64,000 bases of DNA from Vicugna vicugna. Taxonomy: Eukaryota. Where the stretch lies: positions 10,087,009 to 10,151,008 of the forward strand of contig MU058781.1 in NCBI GenBank assembly GCA_013265495.1, read 5' to 3'. The notes beneath the pieces were generated by a model. It searched no databases and had not been told where the DNA came from. It saw nothing but the letters and a program-made list of their open reading frames with translations. Numbering within the stretch: the first letter of the stretch is position 1; each line of letters opens with the position of its first letter. This document shows positions 15,160 through 26,904 of the stretch, piece after piece. Made by a program: the position numbers and the translations under genes.

Positions 15160-15400
15160 ATGGTCTCTGAAAACAAGAGCCTAAACTTGAGTCTCAGCCC
15201 TGTCTCTTATAAGTTCTGCAACTTAGGGCAAGGCACTTACCCACTCTGACTCGTATTTTACTCATCCTGAAAACAGAAATGGTAATGGTCTTGCCTCTTA
15301 GGGTTATTAACTGTAAGAATAAAATGAGTTATGCTTATAAATGTTTAGCTCCTTGTCTTTTATAGAGTAAGGACTCAATAAATGGTAGCTATGATATTAT
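15160..15400 (+). mobile_element. MIR SINE
   Basis: ttagggcaaggcacttacccactctgactc...aataaaatgagtt...actcaataaatggtagcta. Confidence 0.7.
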
Positions 15401-17805
15401 GGCTACCTATTATATTTGCTTACATAGACTATATAAAGCATTTATTTATTTATTCAGAGATGTATATGTCCAAGGCTTAGCTTGACATGATTTTATGTGA
15501 TTAGTAAATGCCAGCACTTTTTTTATGGGGGGATCAGCCAATAAATGATGCCCAGGTGACCTTATGAAAATCACATGTGGCTGAACTTTTGGGAAAAATA
15601 ACCAACAACGTGTCTAACCGTTATATATAAAATTGTGTCATTACGTGTTAAGGAAGAAGAAATACTGCTGATATTGAACCTTTAAGTGTAACTTTGATGC
15701 TGTATATACTAAAGGACTCCTGCTAGGTGTGTGATCAAGTGAAGTGAATGTTACAATAATAAAGTGTTTGAGAAAGATATTCCTGAGTATTATTAGATGG
15801 TCAGCAGAATCTAGGGGAGTAAGGAGTAAAAAACTCATTGTCTGAGAAGTTTCCACAAAGATAATAGAGACCTATTTTCTGATACAACAGGCCTGATTTT
15901 CTTTTATGCTCAGTCGTTATTGATCAACTGAGGCACTTAGGAATTTGGCTCATACAAATAATGGTCCTCCTACAGACATTATATAATGTGGACCCCTTGG
16001 GATCTTTCTGTTTACTTAATATGTGATCCCAGAGGAAGTCATGCACTACCACCAATCATCTGATGTTCTTTTATATTCATAAAGCACTAAAATTCTTTTT
16101 GAGAAACCCATAGGCTGTGATTTGTAAATTTTGCCAATGAAAGAACCAAGGAAACAAAAGATCACCCAGATTAATAAAAAGAAATCATTGCAAAACCAAG
16201 ACTTACAGCTTCTGAACCATTACTTTCACTCTCACTCTGTTCAGTTTGGTCACACAGACCATTTTCGACAAAATAGAGCATACTTATATTTGTGGCCCAA
16301 AACACAAGTTTTTGAAATTCCAAATTGAGTTTGATTTACCTGTTTGTTTCTCAAAATTACTTATTAGATCAATTTCTGACAATTGCTAAGATTGAAAACA
16401 TACAAGTATTAAAGAAGGACCACATGCAATTTTCACCCAACTTAGAACAAGAAATGTTGGCAAGAGTATAAAATTCTTCTTGGATGCTATCCCACTGCTT
16501 CCAAAGAGAGTAGATAAGCAATGTATGAATACCCAAACATTTGGGTATTCTTCACTATTTTTAATTCTTTATTTAATTCTTTATTTATTCTTCACATATT
16601 TAATCTTCACTAAATCCTTATACAAACTTTAAAAATCCTGTCTACCGCTCATTTAGCTACAGAATATATTTGGAAACAATAAAGGAAAATCAATGAAGCA
16701 TTGAGCTGGCAGGGGAGTGGAACCTGAATTCAGCGCTTGGCTTTGAAAAGCACGGCTGTAGCTGTGCTGCTGAGACATTCCACGGGGAGAGGAAACCCAG
16801 AGATACGGCAGGAGAAGGTGCGGCTTTTGGTGTCTGTGGAGATGGTGGGACTCACGTACGTGGACGAGAATCCCTAGCAACACACCATCACTCATCTTGA
16901 ACTCAGTCACCTGAGCTGATAAAATGGATGCCACACGGCATCAGGGAGCTACCATCCAAAGTGTACTTTAGTTCCTCCGCCAATTATAGGTGCCTGCCAA
17001 AACTGCTGGGGATGATTAGGAAGTCTGTGTATAATGGCAGAAAACTGTAAATCAAGTGACAGTGTAAAGCCTGTGGTAGGCACTTACTGAATTTACAAGT
17101 ATTCTGAGAGAGAGAGAGAGGGCACTCAGTCTTGGTGTTGGATGCAAATATGAGGCTATCTATTTATACAGTCCCCCTGTTCGTTAGGTGAAATGTTATT
17201 CCAGATGCCTAAATATCATAAAGGAAGAGGAGATTCTATAACCTTAGATTGTGCTTCACTCAAAGGCAACGGGGCTAGTCTTGTTCTAGATTAAGTAGAC
17301 TAGAGTTTTTGGTTTTCGTTTTTCAAATCCTAGAATTCGATCTACAAATCCATCAGTAAAATCTGTTTGTTCCCTAAGTTAAACCTATAATGATCTCCAG
17401 ACTATTCAGATCTAAAGTTTTTATTGCTAATTATGTTTGTCGATTGCCACCTCTGTACAGTGCTCTACCTTCATTTTATTGTTCAGATAAAAATGCCACA
17501 TCAGGTTTACAATAAAGATTGTAATACAGATTTTGGGTTAATGGAATGGATATTGACATGCTTGGCTGTTTGTTATTACCCTAATTCTGAAAGAACAAAT
17601 CCTATTTATTTTATTCTACACTCTTTCTAACTTCTGCAGTAGCCCTGTGTATCCCATAGCATAAACTTTTTTGGATTCATTCTTAAATTGTTTGTGTATG
17701 TGTCACTTTTCTGAACTCATGTGTACGTATGAGACCAAGAGAACTCTAAAGGACTCTCTTTGAATTGCCTTAGAATGGAATGGGTAATGGTGACACAGTG
17801 AAATG

Positions 17806-17817
17806 GGAAACATTTTT
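17806..17817. repeat. L1 target-site duplication, left copy GGAAACATTTTT
   Basis: Identical to 21699-21710. Confidence 0.92.
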
Positions 17818-18147
17818 ATTTATTTTTTTAACATTTTTTATTGATTTATAATCATTTTACAATGTGTGTCAAATTCCATTGTTCAGCACAATTTTTCAGT
17901 CATTCATGGACATATACACACTCATTGTCACATTTTTTTCTCTGTGATTTATCATAACATTTTGTGTATATTTCCCTGTGCTATACAGTGTAATCTTGTT
18001 TATCTATTCTACAATTTTGAAATCCCAGTCTATCCCTTCCCACCCTCTACCCCCCTGGTAACCACAAGTCTGTATTCTCTGTCCATGAGTCTATTTCTGT
18101 CCTGTATTTATGCTTTGTTTTTGTTTGTTTGTTTTTGTTTTTGTTTT

Positions 18148-21100
18148 TTAGATTCCACATATGAGCGATCTCATATGGTATTTTTCTTTCTCTTTCTGGC
18201 TTACTTCACTTAGAATGACATTCTCTAGGAGCATCCATGTTGCTGCAAATGGCATTATGTTGTCGGTTTTTATGGCTGAGTAGTATTCCATTGTATAAAT
18301 ATACCACATCTTCTTTATCCAGTCACCTGTTGATGGACATTTAGGCTGTTTCCATGTTTTGGCTATTGTAAATAGTGCTGCTATGAACATTGGGGTGCAG
18401 GTGTCATCCTGAAGTAGATTTCCTTCTGGATACAAGCCCAGGAGTGGGATTCCTGGGTCATATGGTAAGTCTATTCCTAGTCTTTTGAGGAATCTCCACA
18501 CTGTTTTCCATAGTGGCTGCACCAAACTGCATTCCCACCAGCAGTGTAGGAGGGTTCCCCTTTCTCCACAGCCTCTCCAGCATTTGTCATTTTTGGATTT
18601 TTGAATGACGGCCATTCTGACTGGTGTGAGGTGATACCTCATTGTAGTTTTGATTTGCATTTCTCTGATAATTAGTGATATTGAACATTTTTTCATGTGC
18701 TTTTTGATCATTTGTATGTCTTCCTTGGAGAATTGCTTGTTTAGGTCTTCTGCCCATTTTTGGATTGGGTTGTTTATTTTTTTCTTATTGAGTCGTATGA
18801 GCTGCTTATATATTTTGGAGATCAAGCCTTTGTCGGTTTCACTTGCAAAAATTTTCTCCCATTCCGTAGGTTTTCTTCTTGTTTTATTTCTGGTTTCCTT
18901 TGCTCTGCAGAAGCTTGTAAGTTTCATTAGGTCCCATTTGTTTATTCTTGCTTTTATTTCTTCTAGGAGAAAATTTTTGAAATGTATGTCAGATAATGTT
19001 TTGCCTATGTTTTCCTCTAGGAGGTTTATTGTATCTTGTCTTATGTTTAAGTCTTTAATCCATTTTGAGTTGATTTTTGTATATGGTGTAAGGGTGTGTT
19101 CTAGCTTCATTGTTTTACATGCTGCTGTCCAGTTTTCCCAACACCATTTGCTGAAGAGACTGTCTTTATTCCATTGTATATTCTTGCCTCCTTTGTCGAA
19201 GATGAGTTGACCAAAAGTTTGTGGGTTCATTTCTGGGCTCTCTATTCTGTTCCATTGGTCTATATGTCTGTTTTGGTACCAATACCATGCTGTCTTGATG
19301 ACTGTAGCTCTATAGTATTGTCTGAAGTCTGGGAGAGTTATTCCTCCAGCCTCTTTCTTTCTCTTCAGTAATGCTTTAGCAATTCTAGGTCTTTGATGGT
19401 TCCATATAAATTTTATTATGATTTGTTCTAGTTCTGTGAAATATGTCCTGGGTAATTGGATAGGGATTGCATTAAATCTGTAGATTGCCTTGGGCAGTGT
19501 GACCATTTTAACAATATTGATTCTTCCAATCCAAGAGCATGGAATATCTTTCCATTTTTTAAAGTCTTCTTTAATTTCCTTCATCAATGGTTTATAGTTT
19601 TCTGTGTATAATTCTTTCACCTCCTTGGTTAGATTTATTCCCAGATATTTTATTACTTTGGGTGCTATTTTAAAGGGGATTGTTTCTTTACTTTCTTTTT
19701 CTGTTGATTTATCGTTAGTGTAAAGAAAGGCAACTGATTTTTGAACATTAATTTTGTAACCTGCTACCTTGCTGAATTCTTCGATCAGCTCTAGTAGCTT
19801 TTTTGTGGACCTTTTAGGGTTTTCTATATATAGTAACATGTCGTCAGCATATAATGACACTTTTACCTCTTCTTTTCCAATTTGGATCCCTTTTATTTCT
19901 TTCTCTTGCCTGATTGCTGTGGCTAGGACTTCCAGGACTATGTTGAATAGGAGTGGTGATAGTGGGCATCCTTGTCTTGTCCCAGATTTTAGTGGGAAGC
20001 TTTTGAGTTTTTCACCGTTGAGAACTATGCTGGCTGTAGGTTTGTCATATATAGCTTTTATTATGTTGAGATATGTTCCCTCTATACCCACTTTGGCGAG
20101 AGTTTTTATCATAAATGGGTGTTGAATTTTATCAAATGCTTTTTCTGCATCGATTGAGATGATCATGTGGTTTTTGTCCTTTCTCTTGTTGATGTGATGT
20201 ATTACATTGATTGATTTGCGTATGTTGAACCAGCCTTGTGTCCCTGGGATGAACCCCACTTGGTCATGATGTATAATCTTTTTTATGTGTTGTTGGATTC
20301 TATTTGCTAAAATTTTGGTGAGGATTTTGGCGTCTATGTTCATCAGTGATATTGGCCTATAATTCTCTTTTTTTGTAGTGTCTTTGCCTGGTTTTGGTAT
20401 CAGGGTGATGGTGGCTTCATAGAATGAGTTTGGGAGTATTCCCTCCTTTTCAATCGTCTGGAAGAGTTTGAGAAGGACTGGTATGAGTTCTTCTTTGTAT
20501 GTTTGGTAGAATTCCCCGGTGAAGCCATCCGGTCCTGGACTTTTATTTGTAGGGAGGTTTTTAATTGCTATTTCTATTTCCTTTCTAGTGATCGGATTGT
20601 TCAAGTGTTCAGTTTCTTCTTGATTCAGTTTTGGTGGACAGTATGTTTCCAGAAACTTGTCCATCTCCTCTAGGTTATCCAGTTTGGTTCCATATAGTTT
20701 TTCATAATATTCTCGTATGATATTCTGTATTTCTATTTTGTTTGTTGTAATTTCTCCATTTTCCTTTCTTATTTTGCTAATTTGTGCTCTCTCTTTTTTC
20801 TTCTTTGTGAGTTTGGCCAGAGGTTTGTCGATTTTATTTACTTTTTCAAAAAACCAGCTTTTGGTTTGGTTGTTTTTTTCTGTGGTCTTGTTAATCTCTA
20901 TTGTATTTAATTCCTCTCTGATCTTTATTATTTCCTTCCTTCTGCTGCTTTTTGGGGCTTTTTGTTCTTCTTTTTCTAATTGATTCAGGTGGTGGGTTAA
21001 CTTGTTTATTTGAGATTGTTCTTCTTTTTTGAGGAAGGCCTGTATCGCTATAAACTTCCCTCTTAGCACTGCCTTTGCTGTGTCCCATAGGTTTTGAGTG

Positions 21101-21420
21101 GTTGTGCTTTCATTATCATTTGTCTCAAGGTATTTTTTTAATTTCAGCTTGATTTCCTCATTGATCCATTGTTTTTTCAATAACATATTGTTTAATCTCC
21201 ATGCTTTTCTTTTTTTCTCCTTTGTTTCTCTGTTGTTGATTTCCAGTTTCATGGCATTGTGGTCAGTAAAGATGCTTGAGATAATTTCTATCTTCTTAAA
21301 TTTGTTGAGGTTTCTTTTGTGTCCAAGTACATGATCGATCCTGGAAAATGTTCCATGTGCACTTGAAAAGAATGTATATTCTATTTTTTGGGGGTGTAAT
21401 GCTCTGAAAATATCCACCAA
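18148..21420 (-). CDS. ORF2: LINE-1 ORF2p reading frame, N-terminally truncated (EN C-terminus, PIP box, reverse transcriptase, Cys-rich C-terminus); first in-frame ATG at 21252
   Basis: 1090 codons without a stop; motifs SRIDH/TDH (EN end), QNIIREYY (PIP box), [40 protein letters not shown]. The track start is a TTG, not ATG. Confidence 0.95.
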   Translation of the reverse strand: MVDIFRALHPQKIEYTFFSSAHGTFSRIDHVLGHKRNLNKFKKIEIISSIFTDHNAMKLEINNRETKEKKRKAWRLNNMLLKKQWINEEIKLKLKKYLETNDNESTTTQNLWDTAKAVLRGKFIAIQAFLKKEEQSQINKLTHHLNQLEKEEQKAPKSSRRKEIIKIREELNTIEINKTTEKNNQTKSWFFEKVNKIDKPLAKLTKKKKERAQISKIRKENGEITTNKIEIQNIIREYYEKLYGTKLDNLEEMDKFLETYCPPKLNQEETEHLNNPITRKEIEIAIKNLPTNKSPGPDGFTGEFYQTYKEELIPVLLKLFQTIEKEGILPNSFYEATITLIPKPGKDTTKKENYRPISLMNIDAKILTKILANRIQQHIKKIIHHDQVGFIPGTQGWFNIRKSINVIHHINKRKDKNHMIISIDAEKAFDKIQHPFMIKTLAKVGIEGTYLNIIKAIYDKPTASIVLNGEKLKSFPLKSGTRQGCPLSPLLFNIVLEVLATAIRQEKEIKGIQIGKEEVKVSLYADDMLLYIENPKRSTKKLLELIEEFSKVAGYKINVQKSVAFLYTNDKSTEKESKETIPFKIAPKVIKYLGINLTKEVKELYTENYKPLMKEIKEDFKKWKDIPCSWIGRINIVKMVTLPKAIYRFNAIPIQLPRTYFTELEQIIIKFIWNHQRPRIAKALLKRKKEAGGITLPDFRQYYRATVIKTAWYWYQNRHIDQWNRIESPEMNPQTFGQLIFDKGGKNIQWNKDSLFSKWCWENWTAACKTMKLEHTLTPYTKINSKWIKDLNIRQDTINLLEENIGKTLSDIHFKNFLLEEIKARINKWDLMKLTSFCRAKETRNKTRRKPTEWEKIFASETDKGLISKIYKQLIRLNKKKINNPIQKWAEDLNKQFSKEDIQMIKKHMKKCSISLIIREMQIKTTMRYHLTPVRMAVIQKSKNDKCWRGCGERGTLLHCWWECSLVQPLWKTVWRFLKRLGIDLPYDPGIPLLGLYPEGNLLQDDTCTPMFIAALFTIAKTWKQPKCPSTGDWIKKMWYIYTMEYYSAIKTDNIMPFAATWMLLENVILSEVSQKEKEKYHMRSLICGI

Positions 21421-21698
21421 GTCAGATGCAGCTCTCCTCTGCTGCGGGCGGGCGGGTCACTGCCCCTCCGGATGCCGCAGTCAGATGTTGCAGACTGGCC
21501 AGGCAGGAGGGCGGGTCGTGCCCCCTCCCAGCACCTGGGTCAGGGGCTGTGTTCCTGCCCGACAGGCGGGGCGGGGGCGCTCTCCCTCTGCCTGCGCCAC
21601 CGGTAGCTCCGCTGCTCTGTGCGGCTGCGCGCTCCGCCCTGGCCGCGCTCCGCGGGTGGGGAGCGTCCTTCTACTCCGCCATCTTGCCTCTTCTCCTC
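21421..21698 (-). promoter_or_regulatory. L1 5'UTR fragment / internal Pol II promoter, CpG-rich, YY1 site at 21676-21686
   Basis: Very GC- and CpG-rich 278 bp in AT-rich surroundings; CAAGATGGCGG about 12 nt from the element 5' end, as in mammalian L1 promoters. Confidence 0.85.
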
Positions 21699-21710
21699 GG
21701 AAACATTTTT
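21699..21710. repeat. L1 target-site duplication, right copy GGAAACATTTTT, followed by AAAA (TTTT/AA endonuclease site)
   Basis: Identical to 17806-17817; reconstructed empty site is ...GGAAACATTTTT/AAAAGT. Confidence 0.92.
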
Positions 21711-22879
21711 AAAAGTATTTGTGAGTCAATAAACCATTGATGCATTTTAGGAGCGGGGATGGCTTTAGCGCTATTTGTAGCTTTCTTTCTTATACACCCA
21801 TAGTAAATGGAACTTTCCTGGTTTTATAGAGGAAAGAATGTATTTTATTAATTCATTTAACAATCACTGATTGAGGAAATGACGATGCCAGTATTTAAAA
21901 CAAAGAAGGCCCGTGCATTTATGGAGATTATATGCCAGTAGGAAAAGAAGAAAATAATATATTACAGATTTAATCATTTCATATGCAGATAAGTTCTGTG
22001 AAGGTGGATCTGGTCAGGATGTTTCCTGAGAGCTTAAACAAAGGTATTTTAGCATAATGCTTGGGCATGGGAGACAGGGTTCCCTGAGATGGGCCATTAA
22101 TGTACACTTTAAGCTATAGGCAACATCCTTTTAGTGACTGACTTGTAACAAAAGCAATAGAATATAAAGATCAAAGTAAAAGAAACAGATCTGATATGGA
22201 GTCAGATTTCTTCTTCCTGATTACAACTCCATAAGCCCAAGTGCCAGGCTCTTGCCTCGTTTAGGGACTTAACGGTGTGCCTGATATAGTGTGCTGAGAA
22301 TGAGAGAGAATGCAAGGTATACCTTGCTCAAACTGCAATCTTCCCAATGTAAAATATGAATCCTCTTTAATTTAAAAAAGTCATACTTTGATGCCTTTTT
22401 ATATATATACTCTTTCTTTCACACAAGGCTCTCTCCTTTGTTTCTGTGTCCTTCCATCTGTCTTCATGTGACATGTGGTTTAATGCTTACTGTAAGACAT
22501 TTCAGCTTCCATGGTGAACGGTGGGAAATTACACTGAGAGTGGTAATAAGCTATCTTCAAGAACCAAACAAGGGGAAAGAGACTTACAGTTCAGTTGCAG
22601 ACACACGAGCACGGCACAGTAGAAGAGCTTCCTTGTCCTAGCTGTTTTGCATTGCAGAGAGAAGGAAAGCTTTCCTTCTTTTCAGACTTTCCCACTCTCA
22701 TCTCCTGGTTTGGAGCTCTGAAGGACTTAAGAGATACTTCAGTGCTTAGGTTAAAAAACTAGGGCTGAGAATGTCGGGGGCAAAGAATGAGCTTTGTAGC
22801 CAGACAGGTCAGAGTTGGAAACTTGGCTGTGCCATTTTCCATTCCCATGTCCAAGTCTCAGTTTTCTGCTTTGGAAAGC

Positions 22880-23490
22880 GATTTGGCTATATTTTAAAAA
22901 GTTCAATACACACGCCAAATAACGTGATCATTCTACTATTAGATGTTCTCCCTCTTGAACCTCTAATCCATGCTCACAGGAAGTCATATAGTTATGGTTA
23001 TTGCACTGCTGTTTGTAATAGCAAACAAACAAATGGAAAAAAAAACAAAAAAGAAAATAGTAGAACTAGATCTATTTCTATCATCATGTACCAATCTCAA
23101 AAACATAACATTGAATAATAAAAGCTAATTGCAAACAGATACATCTAATCAGGTGCCAAATATATAGTAAAAGACTCAAAATCATGTGGATAGAGAGACG
23201 ATAGATGGATAGGTAGGTTGGCAGATAGACTGAAAGATGGATGGTCTGAGCACAGCAATATGAATGGGAATGACAGGCAGCAACTCCATGGTGATTTTTA
23301 CACCCTGGGAACATGGGCTAGAAAAAGGGAAGGAGTATGGTTTTAGCTAATTCTGTAATATTTGCTATCTTTTAAACAATCTAAGGCAAGTAAGACCAAA
23401 TATGCTGACATCTGTTTAATCTCAGTGGTACGTAGGTATCAGTTACTTTTTATTTATGTATTTCAAATATTTAATAATTTTAAATAATTT
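22880..23490 (+). mobile_element. Degraded old L1 3' region
   Basis: atttggctatatt..., attgcactgctgtttgtaatagcaaa, atctcaaaaacataacattgaat motifs. Confidence 0.55.
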
Positions 23491-24589
23491 GGAAGAAGGA
23501 AACAAAAAGGGAACAAGCAAGAAAGAGGTGACCTACTGGTAGGAATTTTGTAGTAAGTCTGTGCCTTCCCTGTGGCAGTTTTATTTGATCCTTCAGTCCC
23601 CTAAAATAGCCATCTGAAGAATGAAGTATTCCTCAGTGAGGATTCAGTGAGGAATGGAGGAGGTGACGTGTGTTCTAGGTGACAGGTGGGGGGTGACATC
23701 TCGCCAACAAGCCTTGTTAGTTGTGTGTGCACCCCAGGGTCAGGACAGCCGGGATGTTGCTGGGATTTCTAACAGAAGGCAACTTGGCAGTACTGTCAGA
23801 GCAGGTCTCTCTGGTTGGTAAACATATTCAGGAGTCCTCACACCTGCCTGCTGAGGTCTTTACCTTACAGGCTTGTGAAGGTCAGCAGGAAGGGCAGGTA
23901 CAGCCCAACTCCTCACACCTTCGACAGCCTGGAAAAATAAGCCACATGCGGCCATCAACCACCATGAGTCTTGACACAAATGAGTTTTCTTCTCCTCAGC
24001 AATTATTCATGGGAAAAAATTCTTATGTAAAATGATTAAATTCCCCAATAATTTCTATACTATTTATGAACTTTTATCATAGTTGCCTTTTTTTTCTTTC
24101 CGAAATGTTGTTGTTTCCATTGCTCACTCCCATTTGCAAGCAGCAAAGAGAAACTTCATCTGGTTTGTAGGACAATTGAACGATCGTTTCTTGAACACCT
24201 GAAGTACCATTTCTATCTCTGCCACTAAGTCTGTCAGCTTAAGACCTTTGAATTAACCAAGTGTTTCTTAGCTCACCTATAAAATAGATTTTAAATACAG
24301 TTGTTTTCAGTGAGGGTGAAACAAAATTACTCAGTACAAGACAGAGAAATTAATATTAATATGTATCTATTACAACAGTAATACAACAGGGTAATTACAA
24401 CAGTAATTCTCAGAAACATCATGACCGTAAAGAAAATGAACATTGCAGATAGAGAAATTGGAATGTATTCTGGAGTATATTGAGACATTTTGATGGGAAA
24501 AGCAATTCACCTTTGACAAAACAACACTGAACATTCTAAGAAATACTTTTTAAAGCATCTGGAAAGATTGAATCCAAAGGAAATCAGCA

Positions 24590-24775
24590 AGTCATAGTGG
24601 AAGCATAGTCTCTGGAACCAGACCACCTGGGCTGGAATGCTGGTCCAGTTGTACTTTACTACACCAGCTTGAACAAATTTACTCTGTTACTCTGTACCTC
24701 AGTTTCCTCATCAGGTTGTGAGGTTAATAAATGAGGTGGGGTATGAAGTCCTTAGAAAAGTGCCTTGGCACATAC
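24590..24775 (+). mobile_element. MIR SINE
   Basis: tctggaaccagaccacctgggctggaat...ctctgtacctcagtttcctcatc. Confidence 0.65.
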
Positions 24776-24779
24776 ATAT

Positions 24780-25195
24780 GGTGATGGCCTTTTTGATGTG
24801 ACAACATGGCCAGGCTACAGCTGCCAGTCATCCAGTGTATCATGGATGTAGGTGTTGCTGGGAAGGTCCTTGGTGGATACTATTAAAGTCCATAATCGAC
24901 TGAGTTTAAGTAAGGGATAGAAAATCCTAGATAATATGGAAGACTGGATTCCATCAACTGGAAGCTTTAAAAGCAGAACTGACGTTTCCCTGAAGAAAAA
25001 GAAATTCCTCCTGTGGAATGTCCACTTCTGTTCATGCCCCAGAGTTCTAGCCGACCTTTCCTGAAGGTGCGCACTATGGATTTCAGACTTGCTTTGCCAG
25101 ACCCTACTACTGCATGAGCCACTTCCTTGCAAGAAATCTCTTAAAGTCTATCTCCTACTGGTTCTTCTTCCCTGATTGAACTGTAACTGGCACCC
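24780..25195 (+). mobile_element. ERVL MLT2-like solo LTR
   Basis: tgtgatgg...gtaggtgttgctgggaagg...aagcagaactgacgtttccctgaagaa...tctcctactggttct pattern. Confidence 0.78.
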
Positions 25196-26589
25196 ATTTA
25201 TAGCACTGTAACATAAAGCACTTAAAAAAAAATCACAGTATTTTCGGTTAGAGGTTGACTGGTGTTGGCAGAGAGAGGTTATGACTTAAAGTTTGCTTGG
25301 GAGTTCAGGAACAGGGAAGAACATCAAACATATTTGAGGACAGGTAGTTCCTGGATTCTTGTCCTGTCACAAGACCCAGGAAGAGGCCCCTGCCACCTTC
25401 TGTCAGCTCACCCGGACTCAACCTCCCCACAACTGAAGCCCTCTGGGGACGATGGAATGTTTCTTACTGCACCCTCAGGAGTATTTTTGTGACTTTAAAA
25501 AGAGCGGTGCGGTCTTCTACAAGCTTCAAAGTGTCCCTTTCTTTTTCCATTTTAGATAACGGATTTTAATTGTAAAGACCTTAAAATTCCTGAGACATAA
25601 TTGCACCTCACCTCCTCTTACAGACAGAGTCAGTTACTACTGGGGCCTGATGGCCGAGGAGTCCAGCTGGTGTGGGACTCCTTTTTATGTTTGACTATTT
25701 GAAAATTGAAAATAAATAATCCTCGATTTCACCAAGGCATTTCGAAGAATGCGTTCTGTAAGAAGAGAAGGGAGAGTCCTTCTGATATGAGGATACTTTC
25801 CAAGTTGGTCAAATGTGAGAGGACAGAGGCACAGTTTGGCAACTGGTGTAGTTTCGCTTTGGTGTGTGTGTGTATGTGTGTGAATTAGGAGTCTGTCCTC
25901 TGTCAACAGTGACTTGATTTTCTTTTACCTGCTCAGCATTTCTTTGTATTAATGTATCTTCCCCACTCATTGCACTTAATGATGGTGGACTCAATGCAGT
26001 GCATCCAGAGGGCAAGTGGGGGAGGGAAGCTGAGCGCCTGAGGTTTTCCCCAGGCCTCTGCTTTTATTTAGGCAAATGAATTAATGAGATATGTGACTAT
26101 TTTCTCCTTTGTGCCTATATTTTGTTCACATCATTAAACTATTTTTTTAATAAAGAGATTGAATTACAGTGAAGTATTAAAGATGACAACACGGTGCTAT
26201 AGATTATACCTGGAAATAAGGCAAATTTATTATGTACCTGTTGTACATAAAATCATGTATAGCAATTCTAAGCCATATGACAAAATCAGCCCATCCTTTC
26301 TGGATCTGTCTCTTCTGCCCTTCTAACCTTCCATACCGTCTCGACTATTGACACTTGACCCCAGGACATGATGGGAGATGATCAGTTACATGGCATTTAT
26401 GCAATAATGTAAACTAATCACTATGTTATGAGTTGGGGAGAAGCAATTTTTAAGTCTTTCCTCTGATCATATAGAGAGTCTTCCTACATGAGTCTGAGTG
26501 TGTGGTGGAAGGAGATAGTGTGAAGGGAAACCCTTTTTTTTTTTTCAGGCAGGGGAGGTTATTGCCAGCTCCTTGGGGACAGCAGCCAG

Positions 26590-26790
26590 GGCTGAACACA
26601 GAACAGGAAGACATGGATTCAAGTCATGACCTGATACCTGATAAATGTGTGTCTCTGAGTAAGCCCTTTCATCTCCTGAACTTCTGGGTCTTGATCTGTA
26701 AAATAGAGGTCATAGCCGCTTCCTAGATTCACTTTGAAATCTTAAAATGATCAGTTACTTTACAGTTCTTTGTAAGTGGCAAGCACCCTG
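26590..26790 (+). mobile_element. MIR SINE
   Basis: caggaagacatggattcaagtc...tctgagtaagccctttcatctc...atctgtaaaatag. Confidence 0.55.
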
Positions 26791-26904
26791 TAAATGGAAA
26801 GACTTATTTTCTCCCTCCGGGAACACATTGACATGTCCTCCTGCCCCCCTAGGTCAGGCTTCCAGCCAAGAGCACACTGTCCGAAGGGCTAAACGTCATA
26901 AGAG

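Larger units (their letters stand above)
17818..21698 (-). mobile_element. LINE-1 retrotransposon, internally deleted (5' end + 3' part of ORF2 + 3'UTR + short A tail), 3881 bp
   Basis: Long open L1 ORF2 frame; minus-strand 5' end GAGGAGAAGAGGCAAGATGGCGGAG; poly(A) signal (plus tttatt 17837-17842) and A-rich tail; GGAAACATTTTT at both ends. Confidence 0.97.

Noticed and set aside
18650..21334. Plus-strand ORFs of 65-186 aa rich in F/L/I/S
   Set aside because: Antisense shadows of the A-rich L1 ORF2
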